This document shows, piece after piece, positions 1-7,680 of a stretch of DNA of 25,537 bases. This DNA comes from Chthoniobacterales bacterium. Lineage in GTDB: Bacteria; Verrucomicrobiota; Verrucomicrobiia; Chthoniobacterales; JAFAMB01. A program made the position numbers and the translations under genes. The notes under the pieces were generated by a model. It searched no databases. It was given only the letters and a program-made list of their open reading frames with translations, and had not been told where the DNA came from. The number at the start of each line of letters is the position of its first letter. Position 1 is the stretch's first letter. Location of the stretch: NCBI GenBank assembly GCA_035484035.1, contig DATHPI010000149.1, forward strand, positions 1-25,537. Direction: 5' to 3'.

Positions 1-57
<57 letters not shown>

Positions 58-353
58 GGGTGCCGTTTTCGGCCAACTTATAAAGTTACCAAGACTGACC
101 GAATCGCGTCGTCGGATCTTGAAATCAAAAAGCATCGGCCTTAATCTTAAGTCCCTGCAGATTAAAGGCATTAAGCTTGCTGCTCAAGGTCCGCCAAGCG
201 AGCCGGAAACTTAACAAAGAGTCCCAGTCCGTCAACAGGATTCTTCGGCGCCGCCAATGGCCATCTAAACCGCAGGCTCCTAAGGAGAAAGCTCGGCATA
301 AGCCACCTTGCATCACGGCATCAGCTCACGGGCCGAGACAGGTGCATAAAGGT

Positions 354-1241
354 CTAATTGTCGGGGATTGCCCCAACTTCAGTCTCGCGAGCCCGACGAC
401 CGGCGGCCGCCTCATCCCGGGAAATCCGATGGCCATCTGCAGGTGTAACAGGTTCTGGTGCATAAGGTTCCGCGACACGGCGAATCGAAGTTGCCTTACC
501 GGTCGTCAAGTCGATATCAACCAGGATCCCGTGCAGCGTGACGCCCCCTTTGGCCACCGGAAAGTTGGTCGGCATACTGGTGACAAATCGTTGAATGATT
601 GGATGTATTTCACGGCCCAAGACCGACTCATTCGGCCCGCACATTCCCGCGTCGCAAATAAAAGCCGTCCCTCCTGGGAAGATCTGTTCATCAGCGGTTT
701 GCACATGGGTGTGCGTGCCGGCTACCGCCGACACTTTACCATCCAGAAATCGCCCCAGAGCAATTTTCTCACTGGTGGTTTCCGCATGGACATCCACGAA
801 AATTATATGTGTTTCGGCACGCATCCGACTGACCTCTTCCTGAATATGCCGAAAAGGGTTCTCCAGACTCGGCTGCATAAATGTCCTCCCTTGCACGTTG
901 ATCACCCCGACTTTTCCCTTGACGGTCTCGAGAACGATGGACCCTTTGCCTGGCGTGCCAACCGGATAATTGATCGGACGCAGTAGACGAGGCTCGGTTT
1001 CGATATACGAACTCACCTCTTTCTGGTCCCAGATATGGTCTCCACTGGTGATCACCGCTACGCCCGCTCGCAGCAGGTCAATCGTAATTCTCCCGGTAAT
1101 CCCGCGACCAGCCGCCGCGTTTTCGCCATTGACGATGACAAAATCGACCTCCCACGATTGCCTAAGCTTCGGCACCATTTCGATCACCGCTTTTCGCCCA
1201 GGTTCCCCAATAATGTCGCCGAGAAATAAAAGTCGAAGCAT
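354..1241 (-). CDS. YmdB-like metallophosphoesterase (TIGR00282 / 2',3'-cyclic-nucleotide phosphodiesterase family)
   Basis: The translation from MLRLLFLGDIIGEPGRKAV...FVIVNGENAAAGRGIT...ITSGDHIW matches the YmdB family N-terminal metal-binding motifs (GDxxG, GENxxxG, GNHxW-like). I placed the start at the internal ATG at 1241 (cat on + at 1239-1241). The longer ORF-track start at 1544 would run through the GC-rich repeat at 1301-1512 and gives a low-complexity Arg/Gly/Trp extension. Confidence 0.7.
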   Translation of the reverse strand: MLRLLFLGDIIGEPGRKAVIEMVPKLRQSWEVDFVIVNGENAAAGRGITGRITIDLLRAGVAVITSGDHIWDQKEVSSYIETEPRLLRPINYPVGTPGKGSIVLETVKGKVGVINVQGRTFMQPSLENPFRHIQEEVSRMRAETHIIFVDVHAETTSEKIALGRFLDGKVSAVAGTHTHVQTADEQIFPGGTAFICDAGMCGPNESVLGREIHPIIQRFVTSMPTNFPVAKGGVTLHGILVDIDLTTGKATSIRRVAEPYAPEPVTPADGHRISRDEAAAGRRARETEVGAIPDN

Positions 1242-1300
1242 TGCGCACACCCTGATGATTTCATCTATATAAGTTCTTGCAGTGCCCGAATCAAATTTTG

Positions 1301-1512
1301 GGGGCCGGGGGAATCGTATCGGCGTGTCGGCGTATCGGCGTGGGGCGACCCAGAAATCTATCGGTAACCGGAAGAGGCAGATTGGCGTAAAGCGATAAGG
1401 AAGGCATGAAAGAGCGACTTCTACGCCGATACGCCGACACGCCCACACGCCGATCCGTTTCTGCCACCGCCGACACGCCCACCCGCCGATACGTTTCTGC
1501 CGCCGACCCGTT
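1301..1512. repeat. Inverted pair of a GC-rich repeat (family 1, core CGTATCGGCG(G/T)GTCGGCGTGGGG). The left arm is 1314-1347 and the reverse-complement arms are 1423-1452 and 1463-1512.
   Basis: Direct reading: tcgtatcggcgtgtcggcgtatcggcgtgggg at 1314-1345 is the reverse complement of acgccgatacgccgacacgcccacacgccgat at 1423-1452. A second reverse-complement copy at 1468-1500 matches the repeat at 2755-2800. It lies in the divergent intergenic region and overlaps the 5' end of the next ORF. Confidence 0.6.
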
Positions 1513-2755
1513 TCTCCTGCTGTCGCTCCTTTTCCTGCTGCCAATGGCTTGTTTCTCCCAGCGGCTGACGCCGCTCTCGAACACTCCAGATTGGGACCAG
1601 CTCAATCGTTTTCAGGAAACCATGACGCGGGAAGCGTTTGTTGATTTGCTTGACACAGTTTATGCACCAAATGGAGCTGGAGCGCAGTGGATCAAGGTGG
1701 AAGCAACACGAGCCTTGATCCAGGAAAACGCTTCGGACCAGTTCGTCCTCCAATTCGCTTCGAGCGCCGAATCGAGCAAAACGGTTCCCCGCTATTGGAC
1801 CGCGGCAGCGAATTTGGCTGCGAACAATGACCTTCCGCTGAGCGGGGTCAAGATCGCCATCGATCCGGGTCATCTAGGCGGAACCTGGGCCAAGATGGAA
1901 GAACGCTGGTTCCAAATCGGAAACTCGATCCCTGTAGCGGAAGGTGATATGACCTTGCACGTGGCCCAACTCCTGGTTCCCCGACTCCAGAGCCTTGGCG
2001 CAAAAGTAAGCTTGGTTCGATCATCTCCCGGACCGGTCACCACCGTCCGTCCCGATGAACTGAATACCCAGGCCGAAGCTTCATTGCGCGAGGGCGGGAT
2101 CAAAAATATTCTCCCTTCCTATGCCGGCCCAGACGATCCAAATCGCGAAGATTCTATCCCATGGGAAGCCCAAAGATTGTTCTATAGAGTCGATGAGATC
2201 CACACCCGGGCTCAGATCATCAATGAGAAAATCAAACCGGATCTCGTGCTCTGCCTTCATTTTGATGCCGAACCCTGGGGTACTCCCACTCATCCGGTGC
2301 TGGTATCGGTGAATCACCTCCACTTGTTGATCAACGGCGCGTACAGCTCCGGCGAGCTTGGTTTTGACGACGAGCGTTTCGCCATGTTCTGGAAACTTCT
2401 GGATCAGACCTATCCCGAAGAGTTGGCCTGCTCCGAATACGTAGCTCAATCGATGGCCCGGATCACCGGCCTCCCGCCCTATCGTTATTCCAGTCCCAAC
2501 GCGAGATCCGTTGGCTGGTCCGGCTATGTCTGGGCTCGCAATCTGTTAGCGAACCGTCTTTACGAATGTCCGGTCATCTTTATCGAGGCCTATGTAATGA
2601 ATAGCCAGGAGTTCTTTGCCCGATTCCAGGCCGGAGAGTACGAAGGTGTTCGAAATTTTGGTGGAGTCATGCGTCAGAACATCTTCGAAGAATACGTTCA
2701 GGGAACGGTGGAGGGCATCGAGACGTATTTTCGAGCCGCTCGGGGCAAAAGGTGA
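1406..2755 (+). CDS. N-acetylmuramoyl-L-alanine amidase-like protein (Amidase_3 / MurNAc-LAA fold), probably exported
   Basis: Motifs KIAIDPGHLGG, EGDMTLHVAQLLVPRLQSLGAKVSLVR, DLVLCLHFDAEPW and VIFIEAYVMNSQEEFF parallel the Amidase_3 blocks (IDAGHGG; E..NL.iA..L...L...G..V.ltR; D.fvSiHaNa; lvE.gF.sN..e). A hydrophobic stretch LLLSLLFLLPMAC near the N-terminus looks like a signal peptide. ATG 1406 is the only in-frame start upstream of it, so the first ~30 codons are encoded by the family-1 repeat. An alternative start is ATG 1544, which leaves no signal peptide. Confidence 0.5.
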   Translation: MKERLLRRYADTPTRRSVSATADTPTRRYVSAADPFLLLSLLFLLPMACFSQRLTPLSNTPDWDQLNRFQETMTREAFVDLLDTVYAPNGAGAQWIKVEATRALIQENASDQFVLQFASSAESSKTVPRYWTAAANLAANNDLPLSGVKIAIDPGHLGGTWAKMEERWFQIGNSIPVAEGDMTLHVAQLLVPRLQSLGAKVSLVRSSPGPVTTVRPDELNTQAEASLREGGIKNILPSYAGPDDPNREDSIPWEAQRLFYRVDEIHTRAQIINEKIKPDLVLCLHFDAEPWGTPTHPVLVSVNHLHLLINGAYSSGELGFDDERFAMFWKLLDQTYPEELACSEYVAQSMARITGLPPYRYSSPNARSVGWSGYVWARNLLANRLYECPVIFIEAYVMNSQEFFARFQAGEYEGVRNFGGVMRQNIFEEYVQGTVEGIETYFRAARGKR

Positions 2756-2918
2756 AACGTATCGGCGGGTCGGCGTGGGGCGGGTCGGCGTAGGGAGAAA
2801 CATGTCGGCGTTGAAGCGTACGAGACCCGAGATCCCGCTTCCCCCCTCGCCGAACGCCCTACGCCGATACGTTTCTCCCACGCCGACACGCCCCACGCCG
2901 ACCCGCCGATACGTTCTT
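2755..2918. repeat. Family-1 repeat inverted pair forming a long imperfect hairpin: 45-bp arms at 2755-2800 and 2858-2918 with a loop of about 60 bp
   Basis: aacgtatcggcgggtcggcgtggggcgggtcggcgtagggagaaac (2755-2800) versus the reverse complement of gtttctcccacgccgacacgccccacgccgacccgccgatacgtt, which is aacgtatcggcgggtcggcgtggggcgtgtcggcgtgggagaaac. The arms are nearly identical. The element sits immediately after the amidase stop codon. Confidence 0.65.
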
Positions 2919-3079
2919 CCCCTCCCCGTCGAAACATTTCTTCGGCCACGAATATTATTTATGTAGCGCACTGAAGTCCTGTCGATTATCTAGGTAGCCG
3001 AGTTGTGCCAGTGCGGGCCATGTTGGCCGTTTGGATTCCCCACATCTCGTCAACCAAATTGATTCATCCTTCCCCCCTT

Positions 3080-4051
3080 ATGATAAAACTAAAACCGCTC
3101 TATGCGTTTCTGAGTCTGCTCACCGTTCCCCTGGCATTTATTCCCTCGAATGGGCAATGCGCAGGAACAGATAAACCACTTAAGCTGGCAATCCTTGCCA
3201 ACAGCGCCTCGGATTTCTGGACTTACGTCAAGGCCGGGGCTGAGAAAGCGACGCAAGAAGAACCGAACATCAGCGTCGATGTGAAGCTCGTACCGGATGG
3301 AACACCGGCCGAACAAACTCGAATCTTTGATGATCTTCTGGTCAAAGGAACGGACGGAATTGCCATCAGCCCGCTGGATTCCGCCAACCAGGCCGCAATG
3401 ATCGACCGCGGCACCGAGAAAGCCTTGATCTCCACCACGGACAGCGATGCCGCGACCAGCAAACGAGCGTTCTACGTCGGAACGAGTAATCTCGACGCGG
3501 GTCGCCAGGCCGGCGAACTGATCAAGAAGGCCATTCCGGATGGAGGCAAGATCATGATCTTCGTCGGTAAGCGCGACGCTCAGAATGCCAAAGAGAGGAT
3601 TCAAGGTCTGGAAGAGGTTTTGAAAGGGAGCAATGTCTCTGTCATTGATGTTCGTACCGATGATACGGATCGAGTTCGGGCGCGGCAAAACGTCGCGGAC
3701 ACCCTGGTCAAATATCCTGATATTGCCTGCCTGGTCGGCATCTGGAGCTATAACGGCCCAGCCATCGTCAACTCTGTCAAGAGCGCCGGGAAAGTCGGTA
3801 AAGTGAAGGTTGTCACCTTCGACGAAGAAGATGACACCCTACAGGGCATCAAAGACGGGGTGGTTGAGTCTACGGTCGTTCAGAATCCTTACGAGTTCGG
3901 TCATCAATCCACCTTGCTCCTCGCCAAGAAGTTGCGCGGAGAAGACGCCCAAATCCCCGAAAACAAGCAAGTAATTGTTCCAACCCGCGCGATCGACAAA
4001 AGTAACGTCGATGAGTTTTGGGCGAACTTGAAAAAACTTCGCGGGCACTAA
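3080..4051 (+). CDS. Sugar ABC transporter periplasmic substrate-binding protein (Peripla_BP_4 / ribose-binding-protein-like)
   Basis: It has an N-terminal signal peptide, MIKLKPLYAFLSLLTVPLAFIPS. Motifs LAILANSASDFWTYVKAGAEKA, DGIAISPLDS and VVTFDEEDDTLQGIKDGVVESTVVQNPYEFG are typical of RbsB/LacI-type periplasmic binding proteins. It precedes an ABC ATPase and a permease. I chose the ATG at 3080; the ORF-track start at 3005 adds 25 residues before the signal peptide. Confidence 0.75.
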   Translation: MIKLKPLYAFLSLLTVPLAFIPSNGQCAGTDKPLKLAILANSASDFWTYVKAGAEKATQEEPNISVDVKLVPDGTPAEQTRIFDDLLVKGTDGIAISPLDSANQAAMIDRGTEKALISTTDSDAATSKRAFYVGTSNLDAGRQAGELIKKAIPDGGKIMIFVGKRDAQNAKERIQGLEEVLKGSNVSVIDVRTDDTDRVRARQNVADTLVKYPDIACLVGIWSYNGPAIVNSVKSAGKVGKVKVVTFDEEDDTLQGIKDGVVESTVVQNPYEFGHQSTLLLAKKLRGEDAQIPENKQVIVPTRAIDKSNVDEFWANLKKLRGH

Positions 4052-4087
4052 CCGAGGCAGACACCAGCCTGCGTTAGACATTGCGTT

Positions 4088-5644
4088 GTGCCGGAACCCA
4101 TCCTCGAGCTCAAAGGAATCAGCAAGCGTTTCCCGGGCGTCGTTGCACTTAGTGAAGTCAACCTCTCGGTCTCTCCCGGAGAGGTGGTCGCACTGATCGG
4201 CGAAAACGGCGCCGGGAAATCGACGCTGATGAAGATCCTTGGAGGCGTTTACCAGGCCGACGAAGGCAGCATCCGGGTTGATGGGCACGAGGTACAGATC
4301 CGTCATGTGGCTGATGCCCAGAAACTGGGCGTCAGTCTCATTCATCAGGAATTAAACAACCTCGATAATCTCGATATTGGCGGAAACATTTTCCTCGGGC
4401 GTGAACCGCTTTCGGGTGGTTTTCTCCGCTTGGTGGATCGCAAAAGGATTGCCGAAGAATCTCGCGGTTACCTCGAAAAAGTAGGTCTGAATCTTCCTCC
4501 TTGGACCTCTCTGAGTTCTCTCTCAATCGCCCAGCAGCAGCTTGTCGAAATTGCCAAGGCACTCTCGACCAATGCCCGCATAATCGTCATGGACGAACCG
4601 ACTTCTTCCTTGACGCTCACGGAGACAAATCGACTCTTTCTTTTGATTGCTGAATTGAAGAGCGCCGGAGTCAGCGTGATCTATATTTCTCACCGCCTGA
4701 TGGAGGTCAACGCCTGCGCCGATCGGGTTGTCGGTCTCCGGGATGGAAAGAACTCGGGACAGCTCCAAAAGTCGGAAATCAATCATGACAACATGGTCCG
4801 GCTTATGGTCGGCCGGAATATCGATCTGAAGAGGACCGAAACACGTCTGGGCGACCCGAAAAACCGGATCGAGTTTCGGGACATCATCTCGCCGTTTTTC
4901 CCTAGCCACTCGATCAACCTGGATATCCGCCAAGGTGAGCTTCTGGGCCTCGCAGGTCTCGTGGGGGCCGGCCGTTCCGAGCTTGCCATGACAGTCTTCG
5001 GAATCGCCCGACCGCTCGGAGGAGAGATCGTGATCGATGGGAAAGCCGTCCAGGTTCATTCACCGCGAGATGCCATTGCGCACGGTATTTATCTCGTGCC
5101 GGAAGACCGTCGGAGAAACGGGTTAATTACCACCATGGCCGTCCGGGAAAACGTAACCCTCCCCAATCTCTGGCGCTATGCCAGCTTCGGTGTGATCTCC
5201 TACGGAAGTGAATTGCGCACCGCAGAGGAACAGCGGAAAAAACTCTCGATCAAAACGGCTTCCTGCGAAACTCTGGCCAAAAATTTAAGCGGCGGCAACC
5301 AACAGAAACTGGTCCTCGCCAAATGGCTTTCGCTGAACCCAAAGCTGATTATTTTTGACGAGCCGACCCGCGGCGTCGATGTCGGCAGCAAGGCGGAGAT
5401 CTATCGATTGATGAGGAATTTGGCCGACAGCGGGGTGTTTATCCTGATGATCAGCAGCGATATGGAAGAGGTTTTAGGCGTCAGCGACCGGATCGCCGTG
5501 ATGCGGGAGGGCGCCCTCATGGGGGTTCTCGAAGCTCAGGATTTCAGTGAAGAGGCAGTCATGCGGCTGGCCGTCGCACCCGTCATGAGTAAGGAAAATC
5601 TGCCGACGTCAGCTCACCCAACTCCCACGGAGATCCGAACGTGA
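4088..5644 (+). CDS. Sugar ABC transporter ATP-binding protein with duplicated nucleotide-binding domains (RbsA/MglA/XylG type)
   Basis: There are two Walker A motifs, GENGAGKST and GLVGAGRSEL, and two signature motifs, LSIAQQQLVEIAKAL and LSGGNQQKLVLAKWL. It has a GTG start. Its stop overlaps the start of the permease gene (GTGA at 5641-5644). Confidence 0.85.
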   Translation: MPEPILELKGISKRFPGVVALSEVNLSVSPGEVVALIGENGAGKSTLMKILGGVYQADEGSIRVDGHEVQIRHVADAQKLGVSLIHQELNNLDNLDIGGNIFLGREPLSGGFLRLVDRKRIAEESRGYLEKVGLNLPPWTSLSSLSIAQQQLVEIAKALSTNARIIVMDEPTSSLTLTETNRLFLLIAELKSAGVSVIYISHRLMEVNACADRVVGLRDGKNSGQLQKSEINHDNMVRLMVGRNIDLKRTETRLGDPKNRIEFRDIISPFFPSHSINLDIRQGELLGLAGLVGAGRSELAMTVFGIARPLGGEIVIDGKAVQVHSPRDAIAHGIYLVPEDRRRNGLITTMAVRENVTLPNLWRYASFGVISYGSELRTAEEQRKKLSIKTASCETLAKNLSGGNQQKLVLAKWLSLNPKLIIFDEPTRGVDVGSKAEIYRLMRNLADSGVFILMISSDMEEVLGVSDRIAVMREGALMGVLEAQDFSEEAVMRLAVAPVMSKENLPTSAHPTPTEIRT

Positions 5645-6684
5645 GGCCAAAAAAAGAGCTTGGAATGGTGCTCATCTTCGCGGGGCTCTTCGTCGGCTAC
5701 GCTTTGCTGGAAGCATCTCAAAGAGGGTTGGCCGCCACCTTCGCGAACCCGGTTTTTCTGGGTCAGGCCAACCTTTTGAACCTGACCCGATCAATTGGGT
5801 TGTTCGGCATCTTCAGCGTCGCGATGGGCACCGTGATCATAACCGGCGGCATCGATCTCTCAGTGGGCTCGATGTTTGCGTTGCTGGGTGTCATTCTAGC
5901 TTACCTCCTGGGACCCGACAACATTCCGTGGCCCGTGTCGGTTGGGCTAATCATATTGCTCGCGATGGTGATCGGCCTGTTTCACGGACTCCTGGTTTCT
6001 CGTGCGCGCCTCCAGCCCTTCGTGGTGACCTTGTGTGGTCTGCTTGCTTATCGAGGGCTCGCCCGGTTTATTTCATCGGATCAAACGGTCGGGTTCGGCA
6101 GCAACACTGGTTTTGAGCTCCTTCGAACGCTGGCGACGGGAAGCATTTTTAACCTGCCGGCTCCGTTCATTCTTTTTGTCGTTGTCTGCATGATCATGGG
6201 AGTGGTGCTCCATCGCTCGGTCTATGGCCGGTATCTTTATGCCATCGGGCGGAACGAAGAAGCGGCCCTTTACTCCGGAATCAACACCAAGCTCGTCGTG
6301 ACCAGCGCCTACGTACTCTGCGCCCTCCTGACCGGAATTTCCGCCATCCTGATCGGATTTTACACGAACTCCATTTCGCCGGCCAGCCACGGAAATTTTT
6401 TTGAGCTCTATGCCGTCGCTGCGTGCGTGCTGGGCGGCTGCAGCTTGCGGGGAGGTGAAGGCAGTATCCTCGGCATCTTTATCGGGACCGCCATGATTCA
6501 ATTGCTCCGCAACATTGTGAACCTGCAAGGGATTGATAGCTCCTTGGAATTCGTGGTGATGGGCGGAGTCATCATGATCGCCGTGAGTCTTGACCAAGTT
6601 TTGGGGGCGCGCCGAAGAGCCCGCGAGGCCCGTGTGGACATGAAGGGGGCGCCTGTCGAAACGGCCCCTGCGGCCAAACCGTAA
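5641..6684 (+). CDS. Sugar ABC transporter permease (BPD_transp_2, RbsC/AraH-like)
   Basis: The protein is multi-pass hydrophobic and carries GGIDLSVGSMFAL and LGGCSLRGGEGS motifs typical of RbsC-family permeases. The 4-nt overlap with the upstream ATPase gene suggests translational coupling. Confidence 0.8.
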   Translation: MRPKKELGMVLIFAGLFVGYALLEASQRGLAATFANPVFLGQANLLNLTRSIGLFGIFSVAMGTVIITGGIDLSVGSMFALLGVILAYLLGPDNIPWPVSVGLIILLAMVIGLFHGLLVSRARLQPFVVTLCGLLAYRGLARFISSDQTVGFGSNTGFELLRTLATGSIFNLPAPFILFVVVCMIMGVVLHRSVYGRYLYAIGRNEEAALYSGINTKLVVTSAYVLCALLTGISAILIGFYTNSISPASHGNFFELYAVAACVLGGCSLRGGEGSILGIFIGTAMIQLLRNIVNLQGIDSSLEFVVMGGVIMIAVSLDQVLGARRRAREARVDMKGAPVETAPAAKP

Positions 6685-6706
6685 ATCACCAGAGAAAATA
6701 ACAAAG

Positions 6707-7177
6707 ATGAGCACTTTAGTCGTCGTTGGTTACGATCATCCTGATAAAGCGGAAAAGGTTCGTCTTAAACTCCAGAAGCTGGAAAGCGAACACCTCTTGG
6801 ATCTTGCAGATCTGGTTGTCGCCGTCCAGGACGAGAAAGGGAAAGTCAGGCTGCATCAATCCGGAAATCTGACCGCTGACGGCGTGGCAATCACCGGCTT
6901 CTGTGGCTCACTAACCGGGTTGATATTCCAGAATGCCGCAGCCGGCGCTGCTTCCGGGGCACTGACCAATGTGGGAATTAACGAGCACTTCATGAAGGAG
7001 TTGTCCGCCACACTCAGACCCAGCAGTTCAACCCTGTTTGTACTGTTAAGGAGACCGACCACGGACAGGGACAAGGTCCTGGAAGAGCTGAACGGAACCG
7101 GCGGGAAGGTCTTGAAAACCTCACTTTCGCACCAGGACGAAGCCAAATTGCAGGCCACCCTTCGTGGGGAAGCCTGA
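6707..7177 (+). CDS. DUF1269-like small membrane protein
   Basis: Pattern from my memory of the family: MSTLVVVGYDHPDKAEKVRLKLQKLESEHLLDLADLVVAVQDEKGKVRLHQ followed by a Gly/Ala-rich hydrophobic segment AITGFCGSLTGLIFQNAAAGAASGAL and a C-terminal soluble region. I did not run a domain search. Confidence 0.45.
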   Translation: MSTLVVVGYDHPDKAEKVRLKLQKLESEHLLDLADLVVAVQDEKGKVRLHQSGNLTADGVAITGFCGSLTGLIFQNAAAGAASGALTNVGINEHFMKELSATLRPSSSTLFVLLRRPTTDRDKVLEELNGTGGKVLKTSLSHQDEAKLQATLRGEA

Positions 7178-7183
7178 TCTAAA

Positions 7184-7526
7184 GGTAGGGCGAGGCTCTG
7201 GTAGGAGGGCGAGGCTCTGGTAGGGGGAGGCTCCGTCCGAGCCGGGGTTTCCCGGCTCATCCCGCCCTGTGACCTAACCCCTAAGATCACCGCCTATAAA
7301 CTCGTTGGGTCCGATGATTGTACGCCTCACCCGCGTTGGACACTGGGGTTGACGTCCACAAGCGCTAGGATAATGCGAGGCGCGATGAGCGGATGGTTTT
7401 TGTCCCATCGTAGCGCCTCAGAATTATCTTAACGCTTAAGGGGTTGGCGTCTTGGGCAGGCGAGGCGGCAAGCCCCGGCTCGGACGGAGCCTCGCCCTAC
7501 CAAAATCTCGCCCTACCAGAGCCGCC
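7184..7526. repeat. Family-2 palindromic repeat structure (REP/BIME- or MITE-like): left arm 7184-7268, right arm 7451-7526 inverted, about 180 bp unique core
   Basis: The left arm has tandem partial copies ggtagggcgaggctct x2, then ggtagggggaggctccgtccgagccggggtttcccggctc. The right arm, cttgggcaggcgaggcggcaagccccggctcggacggagcctcgccctacc...ctcgccctaccagagccgcc, is its reverse complement, including the tandem partial copies. The same 40-bp core (GGTAGGGCGAGGCTCCGCCCGAGCCGGGGCTTCCCGCG) recurs at 10041-10238 and 20972-21022. Confidence 0.6.
7349..7374 (+). promoter_or_regulatory. Sigma70-like promoter candidate TTGACG-N14-GATAAT, inside the family-2 element and upstream of tRNA-Pro
   Basis: ttgacg is at 7349-7354 and gataat at 7369-7374. 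The 14-nt spacer is shorter than the optimum. A second candidate, TTGCTT (7549-7554)-N14-TATAAC (7569-7574), lies 24 nt upstream of the tRNA-Pro 5' end. Confidence 0.25.
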
Positions 7527-7597
7527 AGGTGAATCGTGAAATGAGCGGTTGCTTTCTATCCCATCGAGATATAACCTCACCGCTCCTGATGATAAAC

Positions 7598-7671
7598 GGG
7601 CTGTGGCTCAGCTTGGCTAGAGCGCCACGTTCGGGACGTGGAGGCCGTGGGTTCGAATCCCACCAGCCCGA
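7598..7671 (+). tRNA. tRNA-Pro (anticodon CGG)
   Basis: A 74-nt cloverleaf: GGGCTGT-GG-CTCA-GCTTGGCTA-GAGC-G-CCACG-TTCGGGA-CGTGG-AGGCC-GTGGG-TTCGAAT-CCCAC-CAGCCCG-A. CGG occupies loop positions 3-5. The T-loop is the canonical GTTCGAATC. No CCA is encoded. Confidence 0.9.
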
Positions 7672-7680
7672 TTCATTTGT

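Noticed and set aside
177-986. 269-aa ORF on the + strand
   Set aside because: It is fully antisense to the YmdB-like gene, which has clear family motifs, and its translation is Arg/Pro/Cys-rich low complexity typical of antisense frames in GC-rich DNA.
1291-1605. ORFs of 100-150 aa over 1291-1873 and 2546-2971, on both strands
   Set aside because: They run through the family-1 GC-rich inverted repeats. The translations are repetitive (RRVGVSA…, TPTRRYVS…), and the ORFs mirror each other on opposite strands as expected for palindromic DNA.
1301-2918. Possible CRISPR array (the same reading applies to the family-2 loci at 7184-7526, 10041-10238 and 20972-21022)
   Set aside because: The repeats occur as inverted pairs, not as regularly spaced direct repeats. 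There are at most 2-3 copies per locus with non-uniform spacing, and there are no cas genes.
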